Below, piece after piece: positions 57,917 through 64,000 of a stretch of 64,000 nucleotides of DNA (its first letter is position 1; the number at the start of each line of letters is the position of its first letter). The position numbers and the translations under genes were made by a program. The notes beneath the pieces were generated by a model that saw only the letters and a list, made by a program, of their open reading frames with translations, did not search any database and was not told the DNA's origin. The DNA is from Candidatus Poribacteria bacterium (lineage in GTDB: Bacteria > Poribacteria > WGA-4E > WGA-3G), in assembly GCA_958295945.1 (NCBI GenBank), contig OY282386.1, positions 1,303,371 through 1,367,370 on the forward strand, read 5' to 3'.

Positions 57917-58867
57917 ATGGCACAGCAATGGCACACCGAACAAGTTGCAATAGATGTGAAGATTGACCCGATTGAAGCATGCTATCAAAACGGATGGACT
58001 GATGGACTGCCCGTTGTTCCACCAACTCCGGAACGCGTTGAAAAAATGTTAAGCGGAACCACACGTTCCCGAGATGAATTGATTGCAGCACTCCCACCGA
58101 AATGGGGCAAAGCAACAGTTGAGCGGATAGCAATAAACGCTGTAATGGCGGGTTGTCTCCCAGAATATCTACCTGTTGTTCTTGCTGCTGTTGAGGCGAT
58201 GGTAGATGAGCGATTTAATTTACACGGTGTCCAAGTCACTACGTCACATGTTTCTCCTATGGTGATAGTCCATGGACCTATTCGGAAAAAGTTGAATATC
58301 AACGACGGTTTCAATCTATTTGGTCAAGGATGGCGGGCAAATGCTACTATTGGCAGAGCAGTCCGACTCATCTGTACAAACATAGGAGGGGCATTGCCTG
58401 CAGAATTAGACCGAGCTGCATTTGGACATGTTGGGAAGTATACGTGTTGCATTGCTGAAATTGAAGGTGAGGAAAACCCGTGGAAACCGCTACATGTGGA
58501 ACGCGGTTTTGAACCTGAAGACAACACTGTAACCGTTTTTGCTGGAGCAGGTCCTAAAAGTATCAACGATCACGGTAGCAATACCGCAGAAGGTATTCTT
58601 ACGACAATCTGTCAAAATATGGCAGCATCTGGTAATAGTAGGGGTGAAACCTTATTAGTCATCGGAATTGAGCATGCCGAGACAATTTCAGGTGATGGGT
58701 TTAGGAAATCAGATATCCGTAAACACATCGCTGAAACAACGAATCAATATTCTGAAGAAGATTTATTACTTATGGTAGCAGGTGGTCCAGCAGGGAGATG
58801 GAGTATGTTGGTTCAAGGTTGGGGTTCTCCCTCATCAAGAGCAATTTCAACTGAATTGAAAGATTGA
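57917..58867 (+). CDS. conserved hypothetical protein (about 316 aa)
   Basis: ORF with GGAG RBS (alternative start at 57905). Motif GWTDGLPVVPPTPERV, which I cannot assign to a family. Confidence 0.55.
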   Translation: MAQQWHTEQVAIDVKIDPIEACYQNGWTDGLPVVPPTPERVEKMLSGTTRSRDELIAALPPKWGKATVERIAINAVMAGCLPEYLPVVLAAVEAMVDERFNLHGVQVTTSHVSPMVIVHGPIRKKLNINDGFNLFGQGWRANATIGRAVRLICTNIGGALPAELDRAAFGHVGKYTCCIAEIEGEENPWKPLHVERGFEPEDNTVTVFAGAGPKSINDHGSNTAEGILTTICQNMAASGNSRGETLLVIGIEHAETISGDGFRKSDIRKHIAETTNQYSEEDLLLMVAGGPAGRWSMLVQGWGSPSSRAISTELKD

Positions 58868-58915
58868 CATTTGTTGGGTTTTATGGTTTTATAAACAATA
58901 GAGGAGGATAAGAGT

Positions 58916-60322
58916 ATGAATATTCAGGGAATACAACTAACTGATGAACAGATGCGGGATTTCATCATCAATGGATATCTCAAGGTGGAAACAGACTTTC
59001 CCGCGAGTTTTCATGAACAAATTTTCCAACAGTTGGAAGCGATGTTTGAAAAGACCGGTAATTGGGGGAACAATGTGCTGCCGTTGATCCCAGAAATTCA
59101 ACATGTTTTTGAGCATCCTGTTGTGCATGGAGCGATGCAGGGTGTGCTCGGAAAAAACTATATGATGCATCCACACCGTTATTGTCATTACAACCCATCA
59201 GGTAGTGGTGGACAAGGGTTTCATAAGGATACTTATGAAGGTGATGAACAGATACGCCGACACAGATGCCGTTGGACAATGGCGTTCTATTATCCACAGG
59301 ATGTGAGTGAAGATATGGGACCGACTGCTGTGTTACCCGGTTCTCACTATTACGAAACCCATGATAGTGCCCACGAACAACCGGATACCTCATTATGTGG
59401 TGAAGCAGGCACCGTGACTATCGTTCATTATGATCTGTGGCATCGTGCTACACCTAATGAAAGTGATAAGAAACGTTATATGTTAAAGTTTCTGTTCTCT
59501 CGTCTTGATGAACCGTCATCTCCTGATTGGCAGAGCGATGCTCCAGATTGGCAGTCTGTTGCTGATGGCATAGATCCAGACCATCCAGAACTATGGGAAT
59601 CTCAGTGGGATTGGAATTACGGTAGACAAAACGGATCTGCTAACGGTGTTTCTGCAGATGAGATAAATACTTTGCTGGAAACATTACAAAATGAAGATGA
59701 GAAACAACGGCTGAATGCAGCATATCGTTTAGGACGAGTGGGACCTTCTGTTGTACCGACATTACACCAAGTATTTCATGAGGGATCAGAATCAATCCGC
59801 AGTTATGTAGGTGTGGCATTAAGTCTGATTGGTGATGCTGCTGTTCCTACACTGATCGATGCGTTGTCAAATTCAGAGGAATCCATCCGAACAAGTGCAT
59901 CGTATACTTTAGCAGATATGGGTAAAACTGCATTGGAGGCAGTGCCAGCACTAACAAAAGCTGCATCAGATGATTCCCCTTGGGTTCGTCGACATTCAAT
60001 GGAAGGTTTAGGTATCATCGGTCAATATGTCAATGGAGACATGGATTTAGAACCGACTGTGCAAGTCTTAACAGACGGCTTAAATGATGAACTCTACTGG
60101 GTGCGTTATAATGCGGCACGATCCTTAGCACAACTGGGATCAGTTTCTGAACCTGCTATTCCGACTTTGGTAGCACAATTGGAAGATGAAAACCGATATG
60201 TTCGGTTTAATGCAGCCTTAGCACTAAAAAAGATTGATACACCTGAAGCCAGAGAAATATTGCTGAGTCATCTGTTTTCAACAAGATGGTGTGCGTTAAC
60301 ATCTAATGAAACGCCTTATTAG
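58916..60322 (+). CDS. PhyH-family dioxygenase domain fused to C-terminal HEAT / PBS-lyase-like repeats
   Basis: AGGAGGA RBS. N-terminal PhyH-like region with HKD ... H. C-terminal repeated V/APxLxxAL ... D ... VR units. Confidence 0.7.
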   Translation: MNIQGIQLTDEQMRDFIINGYLKVETDFPASFHEQIFQQLEAMFEKTGNWGNNVLPLIPEIQHVFEHPVVHGAMQGVLGKNYMMHPHRYCHYNPSGSGGQGFHKDTYEGDEQIRRHRCRWTMAFYYPQDVSEDMGPTAVLPGSHYYETHDSAHEQPDTSLCGEAGTVTIVHYDLWHRATPNESDKKRYMLKFLFSRLDEPSSPDWQSDAPDWQSVADGIDPDHPELWESQWDWNYGRQNGSANGVSADEINTLLETLQNEDEKQRLNAAYRLGRVGPSVVPTLHQVFHEGSESIRSYVGVALSLIGDAAVPTLIDALSNSEESIRTSASYTLADMGKTALEAVPALTKAASDDSPWVRRHSMEGLGIIGQYVNGDMDLEPTVQVLTDGLNDELYWVRYNAARSLAQLGSVSEPAIPTLVAQLEDENRYVRFNAALALKKIDTPEAREILLSHLFSTRWCALTSNETPY

Positions 60323-60348
60323 AGCGTGTCACATAAATCATTGTACAT

Positions 60349-60394
60349 CGGTCTCAGTGTCCACCATGTCAATTGTTGGCGGGACACTGAGACC
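60349..60394. terminator. 13-bp perfect inverted repeat (GGTCTCAGTGTCC ... GGACACTGAGACC) between convergent genes. Possible bidirectional terminator without a clear U-tract
   Basis: Read directly. Confidence 0.35.
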
Positions 60395-60459
60395 CATCCT
60401 ACATTAGAAGAAGCAACAGCTTCCATAGCACTGAACCAATTTGATTTTTTATCCATTTA

Positions 60460-61326
60460 TTATAAACTTGCCAAAACAACCCTATCCTTACCAGAATAAT
60501 CCTTAATAAAGCGAAACTTTTTATATTCAGACTGATTTTCAAGTAATGCGTTGACAGATTCTTTTTGTGTGTCCCCGATTTCAAAGATGAGTTTGCCATC
60601 CGGTTGGAGATAATCCGGTGCTTCAGCAATAAGCGTGCGAATGATCGACAATCCATCTTTACCTGCAAAGAGAGCGATATGCGGTTCATAGTCACGCACG
60701 TCTGGACTCAAGGAACCGTGGGCATTTGACATAATGTATGGTGGATTGGAAACAACCCAATTATATCGTGTGGATTCTAACGGCTTAATTGGATCAAACA
60801 AATCACCCTGCAGTAGCGTTATTCGTTCATCGCAGTCGTGTGCTTCTCTATTTAGTTTTGCAACTGCTAAAGCGTCCTTACATATATCAGTGGCAATGAT
60901 CTCCCATTCAGGGTTGTTGACAGCGAGAGCAGTCGCGATTACTCCGCTGCCTGTTCCTATCTCAAGTATGCTTTGGGATGAATCGGATTTCATTTTGAGT
61001 ATTGTTTCAACAATGAATTCGGTTTCTGGTCGGGGAATAAGCACCCGTTCATCAACATAGAAATCCAGTGACATGAATTCCTTGCGATTGGTAAGATAAC
61101 TAATCGGTGTTCGTGCTGCACGTTTTTTAATCATCTCTCGGAATACTTCCAAGTTTTTCTGAAAAACGGGCATATCAAAGTGAAGATATAGTTGTAACCG
61201 GCTTTTCTCAAGTAGGTGTCCGAGCAAGACCTCTGCATCTAATCGTGGGTTTGGAATGTTATGCTTTTCAAAATAACTAGTTGTCCACTCAAGGAGTTCA
61301 AGCACATGCCATCTTTGGGTAGCCAT
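60460..61326 (-). CDS. prmC: release-factor glutamine N5-methyltransferase PrmC / HemK
   Basis: NPPY motif (VVSNPPYI). SAM motif ILEIGTGSG. Adjacent to prfA. Confidence 0.9.
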   Translation of the reverse strand: MATQRWHVLELLEWTTSYFEKHNIPNPRLDAEVLLGHLLEKSRLQLYLHFDMPVFQKNLEVFREMIKKRAARTPISYLTNRKEFMSLDFYVDERVLIPRPETEFIVETILKMKSDSSQSILEIGTGSGVIATALAVNNPEWEIIATDICKDALAVAKLNREAHDCDERITLLQGDLFDPIKPLESTRYNWVVSNPPYIMSNAHGSLSPDVRDYEPHIALFAGKDGLSIIRTLIAEAPDYLQPDGKLIFEIGDTQKESVNALLENQSEYKKFRFIKDYSGKDRVVLASL

Positions 61327-61580
61327 AAAATCTTATATAATCCGAGAACTCCATCCGAGTGATAGCAAATAAGGGAAGTGAATCTTGGAAGGACGATCTA
61401 TGTATTTATCTATTTGTATCCATTTAGAATGGATAATGTTGATATCAATTATAATCTGCTTAATTCTCTTCGTATTTTAGAACGTGTCTCATAAATCCTA
61501 TATCATCGGTTTCCCAGAGTTTAACGTACTTAACAACAACAAAGTGTCTTGTAAATCGGGTTAGAAACCTAACCAACAAT

Positions 61581-62651
61581 TTATGAAATAGACTGTAGCT
61601 TTTCTGCTTGATCAGCAGTGGTTAACCTTTCTATAAATGTGTCTATATCACCGTCTAAAACAGAATCCAATTGATGTGAACTGAATTGTATTCTGTGATC
61701 AGTTACGCGCGATTGTGGGAAATTATATGTACGTATTTTTTCGCTTCTATCCCCGCTACCAACCATAGACCGTCGAGTCTCTGAACGTTCTTTATCAAGT
61801 TCAGCTTGTTTTCTCTCTTGCAAACGCGCACGAAGTATCTTCATTGCTTTTGATCGGTTTTTGTGTTGCGACTTTTCATCTTGTTGCGTTACAACGATAC
61901 CTGTTGGAATGTGTGTGATACGTATGGCTGAATCTGTAGTATTAACACTCTGTCCACCGGGGCCTGAGGATCGATAGGTATCTATCCGTAATTCAGCCGC
62001 TTCATCAATTTGTACATCAATTTCTTCTGCTTCAGGTAACACTGCTACGGTGACTGCAGATGTATGAATACGTCCACTTGTTTCGGTGGTTGGAATACGT
62101 TGTACACGGTGTATTCCACCTTCATATTTAAGCAGACTGTATGCGGATTCTCCTTCAATAGAAAAGATGACTTCTTTGAATCCTTTTAATCCCGTAGCAT
62201 TTGCACTGAGCATATCAATTTTCCAACCTTTTCTCTCTGCGTATCGGGTGTACAATCGAAAGATCTCAGCTGCAAAGAGACTTGCTTCCTCACCACCTGT
62301 TCCTGCCCGAATTTCAATAATGACATTTTTTTCGTCATTTGGGTCTTTTGGTATAAGAAGCATCTTTAGTGTATCAATGAGTTCATCTTGCTGCTTTTTG
62401 AGATCCTCCAATTCTTCTTCTGCCAACGCTAACATATCCTCATCACTTTCATCTGCTAACATTGTCTGTGTTTCTTCAATAGCAGATTCCAATTGTTGAT
62501 AGTCCTTATATGCGGAAACAATTGGAGAAAGTTCAGCGTGTGTTTTGGAGAGTTCCTGCAATCGTTGCGGGTTGGATATTTGTTCAAGATCGCTTAAAGC
62601 TTTTTCTACGTCAATGAATTTATTCTGAATGTCTTTGAGTTTGTCAAACAT
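61581..62651 (-). CDS. prfA: peptide chain release factor 1
   Basis: GGQ motif (SGPGGQSVNTTDSAIRITHIPTG) and RF-1 overall. Start moved to the ATG giving MFDKLKDIQ. The track starts at TTG 62672. Confidence 0.95.
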   Translation of the reverse strand: MFDKLKDIQNKFIDVEKALSDLEQISNPQRLQELSKTHAELSPIVSAYKDYQQLESAIEETQTMLADESDEDMLALAEEELEDLKKQQDELIDTLKMLLIPKDPNDEKNVIIEIRAGTGGEEASLFAAEIFRLYTRYAERKGWKIDMLSANATGLKGFKEVIFSIEGESAYSLLKYEGGIHRVQRIPTTETSGRIHTSAVTVAVLPEAEEIDVQIDEAAELRIDTYRSSGPGGQSVNTTDSAIRITHIPTGIVVTQQDEKSQHKNRSKAMKILRARLQERKQAELDKERSETRRSMVGSGDRSEKIRTYNFPQSRVTDHRIQFSSHQLDSVLDGDIDTFIERLTTADQAEKLQSIS

Positions 62652-62687
62652 ATCAATCTCTATAAGGTTCAAAAAGGATTAGAAGCG

Positions 62688-62903
62688 TTACGATTTTTCT
62701 TCAGTAAGTCCATATCTGCGTCTGAAACTTTCCACGCGTCCTGCTGTGTCAATAAACCTTGTTTGTTGACCTGTATAGAATGGGTGGCATTTCGCACAAA
62801 CGTCTACACGCATATCCGATTCGATGGTAACTGTCTGATATGTCGCACCACAAACACAATTGATAGTACACTCAGTTGTTTCTGGATGGATTTCAGGTTT
62901 CAT
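62688..62903 (-). CDS. rpmE: 50S ribosomal protein L31
   Basis: MKPEIHP ... CxC ... [13 protein letters not shown], classic L31. Confidence 0.9.
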   Translation of the reverse strand: MKPEIHPETTECTINCVCGATYQTVTIESDMRVDVCAKCHPFYTGQQTRFIDTAGRVESFRRRYGLTEEKS

Positions 62904-63169
62904 AATTATTCTCCAAGTTTCAAAAAATGAAATATAAAGCTAGTTTTGTTGAGATGCATTATTGCTCACAAGTTCATACTAACTATATAATATTATACAT
63001 TAAATTTGAATAAATTTCTTGCATAGATTAGAAAAAACACATAGAAATTCAATTTATGGTGGATTTTGAATTAATTATTCAGTCTGCACCAGTGTGGTTA
63101 TGAAACCATACCTACTGTGTGACGTAAGTTTCTAATAACTTCAAACTTCACCATATTTGTGTTAGTATT

Positions 63170-64000
63170 TCACTTTGCCGTTCTTGCTGGTTTAGGTCGG
63201 ACTTTTGCACTCTGTCCAACATCGGCGGCCATCATTTCAAGAAATTCTTCATTGGTTTCGGTTTTGCTGAACTGTTTAATCAGGAGCTCCATAGATTCCG
63301 CCATACTCATTTGGCTGATAAACTTTCTTAAGACCCAAACTTTGTTAAGGACATCTGGTTCTAATAAAAGTTCTTCTCGGCGTGTTTTGGATTTTTCAAT
63401 GTTGATTGCAGGGAAAATCCGAAGTTCCAACAATGCACGATCCATATGGATTTCCATGTTGGCAGTTCCTTTGAATTCTTCATAAATGTGTGTATCTGAA
63501 CGACTTTCAGTATCAACAAGAACTGAAGCGATAATAGTCAGACTCCCACCTTCTTCAAATTTCCGTGCTGCTCCACAGAATTTACGAGGTTCTACAATCG
63601 CCATTGCATCTAATCCACCCGAGAGGGTTCTTCCACTGTGGGGAGCAGTCATGTTATATGCCCTTGCCAGACGTGTCATACTATCAAGTAGTATAACGAC
63701 ATCTTCACCACATTCCACCATGCGTTTAGCCTTTTCAATTGCCATTTCAGCGACCTGTGTGTGTCTTTCTGGGGGTTCATCAAATGTAGAACTAATGACT
63801 TCCCCTTTAACTGTCCGCACGACATCGGTTACTTCCTCAGGTCTTTCGTCAATAAGCAAAAAGATGAGTGAAACTTCAGGATGGTTTGTTTCAATACCGC
63901 ATGCAATATTCTTAAGAAGGGTTGTTTTTCCACTGAAAGGCGGTGCCACAATTAAACCGCGTTGTCCTTTTCCTATCGGTGCGATCAGGTCAAGGATACG
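63170..64000 (-). CDS. rho: transcription termination factor Rho, C-terminal two-thirds. The gene continues beyond the window end
   Basis: [29 protein letters not shown] (Walker A) and the RecA-like core. The frame is open to base 64000. The track 'start' at 63949 is an internal GTG. Confidence 0.9.
   Translation of the reverse strand, partial: RILDLIAPIGKGQRGLIVAPPFSGKTTLLKNIACGIETNHPEVSLIFLLIDERPEEVTDVVRTVKGEVISSTFDEPPERHTQVAEMAIEKAKRMVECGEDVVILLDSMTRLARAYNMTAPHSGRTLSGGLDAMAIVEPRKFCGAARKFEEGGSLTIIASVLVDTESRSDTHIYEEFKGTANMEIHMDRALLELRIFPAINIEKSKTRREELLLEPDVLNKVWVLRKFISQMSMAESMELLIKQFSKTETNEEFLEMMAADVGQSAKVRPKPARTAK

Noticed and set aside
60349-60394. Calling the 13-bp inverted repeat a canonical intrinsic terminator
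   Set aside because: No U-tract on either strand. Kept only as a low-confidence structural element between convergent genes

Overview
This 64 kb window is bacterial, with compact coding and a visually modest GC content that I could not compute. The gene content resembles a sponge-symbiont-like lineage such as Candidatus Poribacteria, through its sulfatase, glycoside-hydrolase-like protein and many TPR, LRR, WD40 and HEAT repeat proteins. That assignment is inference only. The window reads as a series of accessory islands ending in a housekeeping block.

1. **Positions 1-10.2 kb: candidate restriction/defence locus, all on the minus strand.** It holds a PLD (HKD) nuclease fused to an SNF2 helicase (1009 aa), an MmeI/PglX-family N6-adenine methyltransferase (1061 aa) with DPACGSG, NPPY, a TaqI_C-like GIKTGCNEAF motif and a possible N-terminal PD-DxK nuclease motif, and an unknown Cys-rich 534-aa protein. 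The locus is bracketed by GTAG-initiated REP/BIME-like palindromes and by a duplicated roughly 40-bp methyltransferase 3'-end fragment. It is DISARM-like (DrmD plus DrmMI plus a PLD) but lacks DrmA and DrmB.

2. **Positions 10.2-15 kb: metabolic operon.** A mandelate racemase/MLE-family dehydratase, a large polytopic membrane protein and a sulfatase (CTPSR motif).

3. **Positions 15-17 kb: a TnpB-only IS200/IS605-family element.** It sits exactly between a DUF2283 gene and a small toxin-like ORF.

4. **Positions 17-23.4 kb: cell-wall and accessory genes.** A GHL10-type hydrolase-like protein, an amidase lipoprotein, a PhyH dioxygenase and two tandem paralogous genes for peptides of about 33-35 aa that the ORF track missed.

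5. **Positions 23.8-44.6 kb: secreted repeat-protein cluster.** Three paralogous TPR proteins (3065, 708 and 1105 aa) share C-terminal modules. Two carry a LamG domain and two carry a galactose-binding-like C-terminal domain. They are followed by two paralogous WD40 beta-propeller proteins. The first of these is an LRR-WD40 gene cleanly interrupted by an IS1-family element with 24-bp inverted repeats and an 8-bp AAATATAA target duplication; removing the IS restores the frame.

6. **Positions 44.7-56 kb: Bat/MoxR aerotolerance-like operon.** MoxR ATPase, DUF58, BatA-like and vWA/BatB-like genes, split by an AT-rich insertion that carries an AAA_14/DUF4143 ATPase.

7. **Positions 56.1-57.9 kb: AT-rich two-gene pair.** An AAA_21/DUF3696-type ATPase plus a 142-aa PIN-like protein, a candidate abortive-infection or defence module.

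8. **Positions 57.9-64 kb: housekeeping end.** A hypothetical gene, a PhyH-HEAT fusion, prmC, prfA, rpmE and a partial rho.

No rRNA, tRNA or CRISPR array was seen. Several families of short intergenic palindromic repeats recur through the window.
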